Part shown: in pieces, positions 1 through 9,611 of the stretch
Numbering within the stretch: the stretch's first letter is position 1
How the letters are laid out: every line of letters begins with the position of its first letter
NCBI GenBank assembly: GCA_944381185.1
Contig: CALWKE010000001.1
Span: forward strand, 456,939 to 520,938
Length of the DNA: 64,000 nt
Source: an uncultured Clostridia bacterium
GTDB lineage: Bacteria; Bacillota; Clostridia; Christensenellales; UBA1242
Reading direction: 5' to 3'
Notes under the pieces: generated by a model
Seen by the model: only the letters and a program-made list of their open reading frames with translations
Told to the model about the DNA's origin: nothing
Databases searched by the model: none
Translations under genes and position numbers: made by a program

Positions 1-1
1 T

Positions 2-1225
2 GAAGACCAAGTTTTTATTGCTGGCAAAAGATTTGTTGGTCGTGAAGCTTGTTTTATTAAAGATTATGTTAGGGCAATTGCCAGCAAGGCAAGGCGTCCT
101 TTTAGTTTGAAATATTTTAACAAGGGATACAGCGAAGAAGACCTTGAAGAATATGAATATGAAATTGAAAAGGCAAAGTTTTTGGCAGACCCAAAAAATG
201 AAGACCTTTTAATTAAAATTAATGAACTTTATTTAGATTCAATTTTTGGCATTGGCGAATGCTATTATTATGGGCTTCCAAATTGCTATAAAGTTAGTGA
301 CTTACCGGCAGATAAGCCATCAAGAGAAGATGAAAACTTTATTTTTGTTCATAGTGATAAATTCTTAACAGCCATGCTTGACGCTCCAAAATATTTTATT
401 GAGCCTTGGGTTACTCAAATTAACGACCATTTTCACAAGGTTGAAACCCGAAAGTTTATTTTTAGAATTGGCAATGAAACTTTGCTGGGCGAACTTTCAA
501 AAGACACGCAAAGAGCATATAATTCGGTTGCTGTTAATGCAAAAAGTTCAATCAAATTTAGCGTATACTTCAAAGGTCTTGAAGAAGGAAAGTTTATTGC
601 CGACAGGTGGGACTACCTTCCCCTTTCAACTCACCACAACAAGTTTGATGAAAATGGAAATTTTTGCACCTATGGCATTTTGGTTCCAAAAACAAAGTTT
701 AGCCATAAACACAAATATAATCTTCATAACAGGCTTGTTTTATCACAAAACCAATCGCCAGATATTGAGCCAACCATAATAAATAAAAACAATTCAAATG
801 AAGAAAATATTTATAACAGTTTTGATGATTTTTGCGAAACCTTTATCAATTTAAACAATTTTCAAAAGGGGCAAATTGCCTATGAAGACCTTGTAAAGCA
901 CGGGCTTAAAAAAGTTGGTAAAATTCATTGCACCCCTTATGATGAGGCACAGCACACTGTTGTTCGCCATGAAGAACTTAACAAATCGTTGGTTAGTTTG
1001 CATCAATATGAATATATTATTGACAACAATAATATTGAATTGCCTGAAATTTTTAATGATAATTTTTTAACTTTCGACTCTTTTTCATCGAACTATTCAA
1101 TCGGTTCTAATTATGAAAACTTTAACCCTGATTATATTCTTGACTATTTTGACGTACTAAAAAAATCAAAGGAAAATAAAGACTCAAAAACAAGTGATGA
1201 AGAAAACAAAAAGCGGGAGATGTGA
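2..1225 (+). CDS. hypothetical protein, 5' end outside window
   Basis: The frame of ORF 107..1225 stays open back to nt 2 (EDQVFIAGKRF...), so the TTG at 107 is probably not the start. TGA stop at 1223-1225. No family recognised by eye. Confidence 0.5.
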   Translation, partial: EDQVFIAGKRFVGREACFIKDYVRAIASKARRPFSLKYFNKGYSEEDLEEYEYEIEKAKFLADPKNEDLLIKINELYLDSIFGIGECYYYGLPNCYKVSDLPADKPSREDENFIFVHSDKFLTAMLDAPKYFIEPWVTQINDHFHKVETRKFIFRIGNETLLGELSKDTQRAYNSVAVNAKSSIKFSVYFKGLEEGKFIADRWDYLPLSTHHNKFDENGNFCTYGILVPKTKFSHKHKYNLHNRLVLSQNQSPDIEPTIINKNNSNEENIYNSFDDFCETFINLNNFQKGQIAYEDLVKHGLKKVGKIHCTPYDEAQHTVVRHEELNKSLVSLHQYEYIIDNNNIELPEIFNDNFLTFDSFSSNYSIGSNYENFNPDYILDYFDVLKKSKENKDSKTSDEENKKREM

Positions 1226-1226
1226 T

Positions 1227-1613
1227 ATGTTAGACATTGCCAAACTTCAAAAAGTTTTTAAATCTGAAAATTCATTCACAAAATATGAAAACGGAATTGT
1301 TTTTAACAGTAATCTTTCAAATGATAATGGCGACACTTTTGCCTTTGAATTTGTTGAACTTGAAGGCAAAATTGTTATTTCTGACATGGGCTTAACTGTT
1401 AAAAATTTGTTAGAGCGTGGCTTTGACATTTTTGAAGAAATCGACCTTGCCGAATATTCAAATAAGGTTATGCGTCATTTTCATGTTCAAAGAAATAAAA
1501 ATAATGAACTATTTGTTATTGCAAGTTCAGAAAGTGAATGCCCTGTCGCTCTTGGAAAACTTGCAGAGTGCATAACACTTTTAACCTTTATTGATTTACA
1601 ATTTGAAGAATAA
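1227..1613 (+). CDS. hypothetical protein, DUF1828-like by overall pattern
   Basis: ATG at 1227 lies 8 nt after GGGAG and 1 nt after the upstream TGA, so the genes are coupled. 128 aa starting MLDIAKLQKVF. Family resemblance is from memory only. Confidence 0.45.
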   Translation: MLDIAKLQKVFKSENSFTKYENGIVFNSNLSNDNGDTFAFEFVELEGKIVISDMGLTVKNLLERGFDIFEEIDLAEYSNKVMRHFHVQRNKNNELFVIASSESECPVALGKLAECITLLTFIDLQFEE

Positions 1614-1614
1614 C

Positions 1615-1647
1615 AAACAACCACAAAACTTTTTGTGGTTGTTTTTG
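1615..1647 (+). terminator. intrinsic terminator
   Basis: AACAACCACAAAA / TTTTGTGGTTGTT stem followed by a T-run, directly after the TAA at 1611-1613. Confidence 0.75.
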
Positions 1648-1654
1648 TGTTACG

Positions 1655-1720
1655 GCACGCTTTTTAGTGTTATTCCGAGCGTAGTCGAAGAATCCCATAA
1701 GCAGGAATGAGCAACCATTC
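1655..1720. repeat. solo copy of the cattccgagc..ggaatcccataag.aggaatg repeat family
   Basis: About 55 nt (gtgttattccgagcgtagtcgaagaatcccataagcaggaatgagcaac) match the last unit of the 41541-41713 array at roughly 85% identity by eye. Confidence 0.7.
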
Positions 1721-1726
1721 ATCAAC

Positions 1727-1755
1727 TTGACAAAATAAACAAAAAACTTTATAAT
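1727..1755 (+). promoter_or_regulatory. sigma-A type promoter of pnuC
   Basis: TTGACA (1727-1732), 17-nt spacer, TATAAT (1750-1755). Perfect consensus. Confidence 0.65.
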
Positions 1756-1824
1756 CATTGTGTTATCATGAAGTTTTTTTATAAAATAATACTTAAAAAT
1801 AATTTTGAATCACCATAGCAAATT

Positions 1825-1860
1825 CCTTAATTTTAGGTCTTTTAATTAAGGTCTTTTTTT
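1825..1860 (+). promoter_or_regulatory. terminator-like hairpin inside the pnuC 5' leader (possible attenuator or riboswitch expression platform)
   Basis: CCTTAATT (1825-1832) pairs with AATTAAGG (1844-1851), followed by TCTTTTTTT. It lies 38 nt upstream of the ATG at 1898. Confidence 0.5.
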
Positions 1861-1897
1861 CATGCAAAATAATATTAACTTTTAAAGAGGAATTTTT

Positions 1898-2752
1898 ATG
1901 GAACAAACAAAGATAATAGAAAAAAAAGAAAATAAACTTAAAAAACTTTGGAACTATTTTTCAACTTATGAAAAGGTTTGGTTCTTTTCAATAACGATTT
2001 TAGCGGTTGTTTTTGCCTTTCTTTTTCCTGAAGAAGATGCAAGCGGAGTTAATGGCAACATAATAATGGTTCTATACCTTGTTGATGTTGTGAGCAACAT
2101 TTTATGCGAACTTTTGATTTCAAAACAAAGCAAATGGAACTTTATGGTTTCGCTTGTGGTTGAAGCAGTTGAAATTGCAATATGTATTATTTGTGCATAT
2201 CGCTTTGCCACAATGGCAACAACAATATTCTTTTGGATTCCAATAGACATAATCAGCTTTTTTGTTTGGAATAAACACAAAGATAAAAAAGAAGAAAATT
2301 TAACAGAAGTTCGAAAACTAACAGGCTGGCAAGAAGCACTTGTTATTCTTGCAATTGTTGTTTGGACAGTTGGGGTTGGATATTTGCTTACTCTTATCGA
2401 CACCGAAAACGGAATCCTTTCAGACAGCCCAACACTTGAAAAAATTGTGTGCTATGTTGATGCCTGTGCAAGTGCAGTTGGCATTGCCAATGGATTATTT
2501 ATTTTGTTCAGATATCGTGAACAATGGATTGCGTGGTATATTGCATCATTTTGCGACCTTGCCATAAACATTATTGCTGGGCAATGGGTTCTTTTAGTTT
2601 TAAAAGTTGGATATTTAACAAACACCACTTACGGCTACATTAAGTGGACAAAATATATTAAATCGCATAAAGCAAATGTTGAATTAAAACAAAACATCGA
2701 TGATGAAAAATCAACTGAAATTTCTGACAATAAAATTGAAACAAACGCTTAA
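1898..2752 (+). CDS. pnuC: nicotinamide riboside transporter PnuC family
   Basis: Multi-TM protein. ISKQSKWNF and the C-terminal TYGYIKW / FFVWNKH match the PnuC pattern. SD AAAGAGGAA precedes the start. Confidence 0.65.
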   Translation: MEQTKIIEKKENKLKKLWNYFSTYEKVWFFSITILAVVFAFLFPEEDASGVNGNIIMVLYLVDVVSNILCELLISKQSKWNFMVSLVVEAVEIAICIICAYRFATMATTIFFWIPIDIISFFVWNKHKDKKEENLTEVRKLTGWQEALVILAIVVWTVGVGYLLTLIDTENGILSDSPTLEKIVCYVDACASAVGIANGLFILFRYREQWIAWYIASFCDLAINIIAGQWVLLVLKVGYLTNTTYGYIKWTKYIKSHKANVELKQNIDDEKSTEISDNKIETNA

Positions 2753-2818
2753 ATAACAACCAACTTTTTACATTGACATCATTTATTTTATTTTATATAA
2801 TGTTTTTAGAGGTGAATT

Positions 2819-3364
2819 ATGGCAAATAAACAATTTTATACAAATAAGTATTTAGGCGATGAGAAAGAAAAATATCAAGGTTTAATAACCGAAGAATCAT
2901 GCGTTGAAAGAACAACAAGTTATTTTGATAAATATGATATTTATGAATTAAACCTTTTTACAGGCAAAAACTCTCAAATTTCTGTTTTTGATTGCGAAGG
3001 TAATGAACAAAACGGAATTTATTTATCTTTTTCTTTTAGTGATAAAAATAAACTTCCTAAAGATGTAGAGTTTAAAAGTCGTCGTTTTTCACTGAATGCT
3101 AATCTTCCTGACATTATTAAAGCAGCAATAGTTGAAGATTATATTTATGGCGAACTTAAAAAATTGTTTAAATCAAAAACAAAAACAACTTCACTGATTG
3201 ATTTAAAAAATAAAATTGACCATGCTTTTGACGAAATGAAAAAAAATAATTCAAAAACATTAAATATTGATTTGGAAAAACTTATCGGCGAAGAAAATTT
3301 GCAAAACCTTATTGCACAAACCACTGAACTAGCTGAACGACAAAAACAAGGTCAAATGCAATAA
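2819..3364 (+). CDS. hypothetical protein
   Basis: SD AGAGGTGA precedes the ATG. 181 aa with no recognisable motif. Confidence 0.6.
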   Translation: MANKQFYTNKYLGDEKEKYQGLITEESCVERTTSYFDKYDIYELNLFTGKNSQISVFDCEGNEQNGIYLSFSFSDKNKLPKDVEFKSRRFSLNANLPDIIKAAIVEDYIYGELKKLFKSKTKTTSLIDLKNKIDHAFDEMKKNNSKTLNIDLEKLIGEENLQNLIAQTTELAERQKQGQMQ

Positions 3365-3392
3365 AAAAACAGGCACCTGCCTGTTTTTTTTT
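3364..3392. terminator. bidirectional intrinsic terminator
   Basis: AAAAAAACAGGCACCTGCCTGTTTTTTTTT lies between convergent genes. Confidence 0.75.
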
Positions 3393-3963
3393 ATTCTCCC
3401 ATTTGACTAGACTTTTTTGTTTCTGTTTTTGTTTGTTTTTGCATAGATAATGTTTTTAAATATTCCTTTCTCTTTGCAATTTGCTCTGCAATTTCTTCCG
3501 CTCTTTTAATTTTTAATTTTTCACCAATATCTTCTTTGTCAACAGTTTCATTATAATAATCTATCAAATTTTTATTCAACCTTTCAAGTGCGTTTATCAT
3601 TTGTGGGTCAAATGCTCTTTCAAGATATTTTTCAAAGGTTAATTTTTTTGACAAAAGTTCCGTTAACATATCAACCAGCACTCTGCCATATTTATGTGGC
3701 ACAACTTGACGAAATGATGAATCAACATAGCCATATAACCCATTTTTGCAAAGTGCATAGCCATTTGACACTGGCTCAATTTCTTCATATTCACAAGGAA
3801 GATTTTTGCCATCTTCGGCAATCACTCCCCATTTGTTATGATTTTTAACTTTATATTGATTTAAACTAACAACAAAAACAATGTCTTCATATGGTCCAAA
3901 TTGAGAATGATTTTCATTTTCCAAAAAATATTTCTTTCCAAGTATCCCTTTTTTAATTCTCAT
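3391..3963 (-). CDS. WG-repeat (KWG-like) protein
   Basis: KWGVIAEDGK..., NGYALCKNGLYGYVD repeats. GGAGGG SD favours the ATG at 3963 (MRIKKG) over 3975. Confidence 0.55.
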   Translation of the reverse strand: MRIKKGILGKKYFLENENHSQFGPYEDIVFVVSLNQYKVKNHNKWGVIAEDGKNLPCEYEEIEPVSNGYALCKNGLYGYVDSSFRQVVPHKYGRVLVDMLTELLSKKLTFEKYLERAFDPQMINALERLNKNLIDYYNETVDKEDIGEKLKIKRAEEIAEQIAKRKEYLKTLSMQKQTKTETKKSSQMGE

Positions 3964-4066
3964 AATTCCCTCCATATGTGTTTTTTTTAACTAACCTTAA
4001 TTATAATAACATAACAAAAACAGTCTGTCAATATTGAATTTGTTTTTATTATTTTATAATTTATTT

Positions 4067-4690
4067 TTAACGAATAAAATGAGTTTTTATGCTTTCTGGT
4101 AATTCTGGTAGCATTATGTTTGACTTTTTGCCAAGGTCAAAGCATTTTAATGCCCAAGCCATGTTCTTTGCCAAATTTTGCATTGTCTGCATACCTTCGC
4201 CGTCACCTGTGCACTCGCCTGCACTTCTGCCAAAGGCAACATTCCAATAACTTGAACCAACAACAAACATTCCAGAAATTAAAAGATGCTTGTTAATGTC
4301 ATCAAGCGCCGAAGTTGTGCCCGCACGCCTTGCAACAGCAACCGATGCTCCAACCTTTTGCTTGAATACACTTTTGCCAGCATAGAACATTCTGTCCATA
4401 ATCGACAAAAGCCTGCCACTTGCATGTGCATAATAAACTGGTGAGCCAAATACAAAGCCATCAGCATTTTTTGCCTTTTCAAGCCATTCATTCGCCACAT
4501 CATCATCAAAAACACACTTGCCTTTACCCACACAGCCACCGCAGGCAATGCAATCACGAATTGGTTTTGCACCAACAGAGAGAATTTCCGTTTCAATACC
4601 TTCACTATTTAACCGTTTAGCAATTTCGGCAAGTGCTGTTGCCGTGTTTCCGTTTTGATGAATGCTTCCATTGAATAATAAAACCTTCAT
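4067..4690 (-). CDS. flavodoxin-like NAD(P)H-dependent FMN reductase family protein with a Cys cluster
   Basis: MKVLLFNGSIHQNGNT..., CIACGGCVGKGKC, GSPVYYAHASG. SD GGAGAA. Confidence 0.7.
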   Translation of the reverse strand: MKVLLFNGSIHQNGNTATALAEIAKRLNSEGIETEILSVGAKPIRDCIACGGCVGKGKCVFDDDVANEWLEKAKNADGFVFGSPVYYAHASGRLLSIMDRMFYAGKSVFKQKVGASVAVARRAGTTSALDDINKHLLISGMFVVGSSYWNVAFGRSAGECTGDGEGMQTMQNLAKNMAWALKCFDLGKKSNIMLPELPESIKTHFIR

Positions 4691-4702
4691 AATATTTTCT
4701 CC

Positions 4703-5458
4703 TTAAATTATTAGTAATGAAATCAAATATAAAACAAGCAAATGTGCTGGGTAAAAAGAATAAAATAATCCTTTCAAACTTCGTTTGCCCTTCTCGCCAT
4801 TATAGAGCATCAAAATTGGAATTGATAAAAGTGCAAACAGTGAAACAAAACTATTAAACTCAATGCTTTCTGCAAGCAAAATGTGCACAAGCCAATATAA
4901 AATCATAAGTAGTGCAGAAAGGCTAAACATCAAAGGCTTTGCCCACTTTTTGTCAAGGTGGTTAAATAAATAGAATATAACAGATAGCAAAACACCATAA
5001 ATTCCATAGACAACGGGAATGTCAATTATTGTCATGCATATGGTAAGCACCAATATCACAAAAATTAAAAATCCGTTGAAGATTGCAAGCGATTTATTCT
5101 GCCTGATTTTGTCAATCAAAAACATCACTGTTAGCGACACCAAAAAAGTGAAAAATATATTAAACGCAAACAAATTGGTGTTGAGTGCAAAATAATAAAT
5201 CGGCTGTGAGATTAAAGCCAAAATAAGCATGGTTAAAAAATATCTTTTTTTGCTTCGTGTGTAGTGCCAACCTTCGGCAATAAAGAATGCAAAAATTGGA
5301 AAGGATAGCCTGCCCACACAGCGAAACACACTGTAAAGCCACGGCACGCCCAGCGAAATATAAAACTCTTCACCTAGCACTGCCCCCAAGTGGTCAATTA
5401 GCATGGTAACAAGTGCTATCCATTTTAAACTTGTTCTATCTAAACCCTTAAATTTCAT
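4703..5458 (-). CDS. TraX family membrane protein
   Basis: N-terminal LKWIALVTMLIDHLG is the TraX hallmark. Polytopic membrane protein. Confidence 0.65.
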   Translation of the reverse strand: MKFKGLDRTSLKWIALVTMLIDHLGAVLGEEFYISLGVPWLYSVFRCVGRLSFPIFAFFIAEGWHYTRSKKRYFLTMLILALISQPIYYFALNTNLFAFNIFFTFLVSLTVMFLIDKIRQNKSLAIFNGFLIFVILVLTICMTIIDIPVVYGIYGVLLSVIFYLFNHLDKKWAKPLMFSLSALLMILYWLVHILLAESIEFNSFVSLFALLSIPILMLYNGEKGKRSLKGLFYSFYPAHLLVLYLISLLII

Positions 5459-5529
5459 AATGTTATTTTAATACTTTTCTTGTGTTATTCAAAATAATTG
5501 CAAAATAAAAATAGCAAAATTGCTATTTT

Positions 5530-6261
5530 TTATTTTTGGGGTTCAAAGTTTTCAAAAATTATGTTGTTTGCAAACTTGCGAACTCTTTTTTCTTCCTCTT
5601 CACTTTTCACAACCCATGCAAGAACTGGCAAATTTTTAAATTTATCAACATATTTATTTGGCAGATACTTTGCTTCATAAGAAATAAAGTCTGGTTTAAT
5701 TAATTTGTTAAATAGCATTCTTTTTAACACAAATTTTGTAAATTTGTTAATATTTTCGTCGCCGTTTGAAAACCCGCCTGAAAGTTGCCCACAATAAATT
5801 TCGGGCTTATTTTTCTTGAACCACCTGATTGAAAATGGGCTGAATGACTGAATGGCAAACTTGCCACTATAACCTTTTAATTTTTCTAAAAGCACACTTT
5901 CAAGTTTCCCCGCTTTTCTATCGGTTTTTGTTTCAATTAAAAGTGGAACTTTGCCGTCAATAAGGTTCAAAACTTCATCAAGTGTTGGAATAACAAAATT
6001 TGTGTTAATGAGATTATAATTCTTTAAATCTTCACTTGTTAGGTTTTTGATTTTTCCAGACTTTGATGTCATTCTTGATAAGGTGTCATCATGAAAAACA
6101 GCAATCTCTCCGTCTTTTAAAAGATGAACATCAAGTTCAATAATATATCCCTTTTCTATTGCCCTTTCAAATGCACCTAATGAGTTTTCAGGAAACTTGC
6201 TTGTGTGAAGCCCACGATGTGCAATGGGCGTTTTAAAAAGCCAATCATAATTACTCATCAT
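5530..6261 (-). CDS. glycerophosphodiester phosphodiesterase
   Basis: IAHRGLH, PENSLGAFERAIEKGY, ELDVHLLKDGEIAVFHDDTL. The start overlaps the upstream stop (ATGA). Confidence 0.8.
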   Translation of the reverse strand: MMSNYDWLFKTPIAHRGLHTSKFPENSLGAFERAIEKGYIIELDVHLLKDGEIAVFHDDTLSRMTSKSGKIKNLTSEDLKNYNLINTNFVIPTLDEVLNLIDGKVPLLIETKTDRKAGKLESVLLEKLKGYSGKFAIQSFSPFSIRWFKKNKPEIYCGQLSGGFSNGDENINKFTKFVLKRMLFNKLIKPDFISYEAKYLPNKYVDKFKNLPVLAWVVKSEEEEKRVRKFANNIIFENFEPQK

Positions 6262-7271
6262 TTCACCTGACTTACATTTTTGCTTTTATTTTTTTCATAC
6301 CTAACCAAAAGAAATGATAAAATTAAGCCAACAATCAAAAGCCCAATGCCAAGCCCAAGGTCTAAACCAAGGCTTGCACCTGCACCCCAACTTCTGTAAA
6401 CTTCCATAACTTCGCTGTTAAAGAACATGGTTATTATTGAGCCAAGCGACAAACCTGAAATCATGAAAAATGCAGGGGCATGATATTTTTCAAATAGTTT
6501 TGTTAAGAGTTTTGACACAGAAACAATTCCAACCAAAAAGCCAACTGCAAGGCAAACATAAACCAAAAGCACACTTGGGTTTGCCTTCCAATAAGTTAAA
6601 CTTACCGAGTTCATTATTTCAGTAAAAACTCCAAAAGACATCAATAGTGCTGTTGCAGAAAGCCCCGGAACTAGTTGTGTTATTGCAATCAAAAAACCAA
6701 TCAAAACAAACAAGATGTAGTGATAAAATTTAAGATTTTCAAGTGAAAACGAACCACTTGTAACAAAAATAGAAATAGCAGAAATTGCAACGGGAACGGC
6801 AAGCCCTGCCACAAACAAAAGAACTCTGCCAGCCGTTACCTTTTCGCCCTTAATTTCATCAGTAACCGCAGGGTATGCCCCTAGCATAAGCCCCGCAAAC
6901 AGAGCAATTATTGCAAATGGAATTAGGTTTAAAAGTTCACGAACCCCAAAAAATCCGAGTGCAAAACCAATAACTGCACCAATTAAAATTGGAAGCAAAA
7001 ACATGATGCACTTTCTAAACCTTTTTAAAATGTTTCCAAATGCGTATAAAAGTTTTTCATAGAGTTTAAATATTATTGCAACTGCCGAGCCCGAAACTCC
7101 CGGAACAATAACCGCCAAACCAATAAACACGCCCAAAAGTCCACCCTTTGCAACTTCTTTTTTTGATGCATATGAAAGGTTCATTTCTTCGCCGTCTGTT
7201 TGACTTGTTTTATTTTCTTTAACCACATTTTCTTCTTCTGAATTCTTTTCTTTAATCTCTTCTTTTTTCAT
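6258..7271 (-). CDS. DUF368 family membrane protein (polyprenyl-phosphate transporter family)
   Basis: VPGVSGSAVAIIFKLYEKL and PGLSATALLMSFGVF are duplicated DUF368 motifs. The true start may lie at an internal Met. Confidence 0.7.
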   Translation of the reverse strand: MKKEEIKEKNSEEENVVKENKTSQTDGEEMNLSYASKKEVAKGGLLGVFIGLAVIVPGVSGSAVAIIFKLYEKLLYAFGNILKRFRKCIMFLLPILIGAVIGFALGFFGVRELLNLIPFAIIALFAGLMLGAYPAVTDEIKGEKVTAGRVLLFVAGLAVPVAISAISIFVTSGSFSLENLKFYHYILFVLIGFLIAITQLVPGLSATALLMSFGVFTEIMNSVSLTYWKANPSVLLVYVCLAVGFLVGIVSVSKLLTKLFEKYHAPAFFMISGLSLGSIITMFFNSEVMEVYRSWGAGASLGLDLGLGIGLLIVGLILSFLLVRYEKNKSKNVSQVK

Positions 7272-7278
7272 ATCTACC

Positions 7279-8895
7279 CTAACTTAATTTGTTATAATAT
7301 TTTTCACCAAAAAATTTAATTAAAACCAATGAAATTGCAAGCAAAAGCACAAACCATGCAAGAATAATTAATTCAAAACCAACTATTCCCACACTGGTTG
7401 CCAGCGTTGGAACGGCAAAGAAAATTGCCATTGGCACTGCTGAAACAATCATGTCAACAAACATGCTCACAAACAAACTTAAACTTTGCTTAACTGCTTC
7501 GGCTTCACTTTTCCAATTAAGTTTAGGAAAACGCAGATTGATAACAAGCCCCAAAACACTAAACGCCAAAATTGATATAGCTGAAACCACAAAAAGCAAG
7601 ATAACAAAAATTATATCAAAGGGAACAAAACACAAATAGATTATGTTTGCAACAAACACAAACGGAAGCTCTAAAAGCACGCTGAACAAAATTTTGCTTA
7701 TTGCCACACTTGAAAAACTAATTGGCAGTTGCTTTAAAATTTGAATTCTGCTTCCTTCCATTGAAATTGATGCACAGGTTGAAACAACCATTCCGGCTAT
7801 TAGTGGAACAAATATAAAATACATCATTTTAAAAGTGCCATAAACCAAAGTTGCATCTTCGCCAAGATTAATGGCTTCTTTTGCCGAACTGTTAGTTAAA
7901 ATTCCAAACACAACGGCAATAACCACCACCAAAATTGGACCCATTATTGTGTTTATTGTCCAAAGTGTGCTTCCAAAAAAACTCTTTGTTTCCTTTTTTA
8001 ATAAAGCCAGCCCCTTTGAACTTTTTTTGAAAGTTATTGGTTTTTTGCGAACACTTGTTTTTGTTGAAATTAAATTTGAATTGATTTTTTTGTATGACAC
8101 TGTTACAACTGCAATAGATAAAAACAAGTATGCCAAACTGATTAAAACAAAATACAAAAAATATAAAAAATTTCCCGTGTCAATCGCAAGTTGAATAAAG
8201 TAGATAAATGGAAAGATTATTTTTATTGCAAGTGGGATTTCGCCACCAACAAAAATGTTAATCAGTTCGCCCGAACCATTTGCCATTGATATTCCAAAAA
8301 TTGCAACCAAAAACAAAAGCATTATTATTGTTGAAAGAACATTTTTGTGTTTAAGTTTTGATGTTATTAAATTTACCACAAACCCAAGAATTGAACTGAC
8401 AAGCAAAACAAACATTGGCGAAAAAATAACTGCAAAGATTGCAAAGATTATACCCGTTAGCGAAACACCAGAGTAAACAAAATAAACAACAACCGCAGGA
8501 AGCAAAAATAGAAGGTTATAAAAAAGTGTTGTCACATATCCTGTTATAAATTTTGCAGTTACAACCGTTGTATTTTTTATTGGCAAACTTGCAAGCATTT
8601 CATAATCTTTTGACTTATAAAAAAGTGCTGGCACTTCATAAATCATTGTGAAAACTGAAAAGATTGTTGAAATCAAAAAACCATAGGTCAAGATAAAATT
8701 CTGCCTGCCAATAACTGATGCTTGCTCAGCAAATTGAATGTTCATGGTTGCCATTGCCCACCAAACAACAGCAACAATTAATGCAAGCAAAATAATGGTG
8801 GTGGCAAGCCCCCGTTTTTTCGCCTTTTCTCCATAAACATATCTGCCAAAAAGTTGTTTTAACTGAATTTTTGTAAGCGACCACAAACTACTCAT
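7279..8895 (-). CDS. ABC transporter permease, multi-TM
   Basis: 538 aa, highly hydrophobic. The start overlaps the stop of the upstream ABC ATPase gene (AATGAGTAG). Confidence 0.6.
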   Translation of the reverse strand: MSSLWSLTKIQLKQLFGRYVYGEKAKKRGLATTIILLALIVAVVWWAMATMNIQFAEQASVIGRQNFILTYGFLISTIFSVFTMIYEVPALFYKSKDYEMLASLPIKNTTVVTAKFITGYVTTLFYNLLFLLPAVVVYFVYSGVSLTGIIFAIFAVIFSPMFVLLVSSILGFVVNLITSKLKHKNVLSTIIMLLFLVAIFGISMANGSGELINIFVGGEIPLAIKIIFPFIYFIQLAIDTGNFLYFLYFVLISLAYLFLSIAVVTVSYKKINSNLISTKTSVRKKPITFKKSSKGLALLKKETKSFFGSTLWTINTIMGPILVVVIAVVFGILTNSSAKEAINLGEDATLVYGTFKMMYFIFVPLIAGMVVSTCASISMEGSRIQILKQLPISFSSVAISKILFSVLLELPFVFVANIIYLCFVPFDIIFVILLFVVSAISILAFSVLGLVINLRFPKLNWKSEAEAVKQSLSLFVSMFVDMIVSAVPMAIFFAVPTLATSVGIVGFELIILAWFVLLLAISLVLIKFFGEKYYNKLS

Positions 8896-9595
8896 TTTCT
8901 AACTCCAAAAACAAACTTTCAAGATTTTTTGTTCCACGAACTTTTTGCATCTCGCCACTTGCAACAAGTTTGCCCTGCTTGATGATTGCCACATGTGTGC
9001 AAATTTTTTCAGCCACTTCCAAAACATGAGTTGAATAAAAAATTGCTGAACCATTTTTAACAAACTCATTCATAATTTCTTTAAAAGCATGACTGCTAAC
9101 TGGGTCAAGCCCAACAAAAGGCTCATCAAGCAAAATGAGTTTTGGCTTATGAATAAGTGCCGAAACCAAAGCAAGCTTTTGCTTCATGCCGTGTGAATAA
9201 CTTGAAATTGGTGCACCCAAATCATTATAAATCTCAAGCCTTTTTGCGTAGTTTTCAATTTCGGCTTTTCGTTCTTCTTCACTAACATCAAAAATATCAG
9301 CAATAAAATTAAGATAGTCGATACCTTTAAGATGTTCATAAAGGTCAGGGTTATCAGGAAGATATGCAATTTTCTTTTTTGCTTCAATTGAATTTGTTTT
9401 AATGTTGATGCCGTCAATATAAATTTCGCCACCATCAAAGTCAATTATTCCAGCAATCGCTTTTAGTGTTGTTGTTTTCCCTGCACCATTATGACCAATA
9501 AAGGCACAAATCTGACCCGCTTCAACATCAAGTGAAAGGTCGTTAACTGCGATTTTTTCACCATATTTTTTTGTTAAATTCTTAATTTTTAGCAT
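8888..9595 (-). CDS. ABC transporter ATP-binding protein
   Basis: Walker A GHNGAGKTT, signature YSHGMKQKL, Walker B LILLDEP. SD AGGAGA. Confidence 0.9.
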   Translation of the reverse strand: MLKIKNLTKKYGEKIAVNDLSLDVEAGQICAFIGHNGAGKTTTLKAIAGIIDFDGGEIYIDGINIKTNSIEAKKKIAYLPDNPDLYEHLKGIDYLNFIADIFDVSEEERKAEIENYAKRLEIYNDLGAPISSYSHGMKQKLALVSALIHKPKLILLDEPFVGLDPVSSHAFKEIMNEFVKNGSAIFYSTHVLEVAEKICTHVAIIKQGKLVASGEMQKVRGTKNLESLFLELENE

Positions 9596-9611
9596 AATTT
9601 CTCCTATTTTT

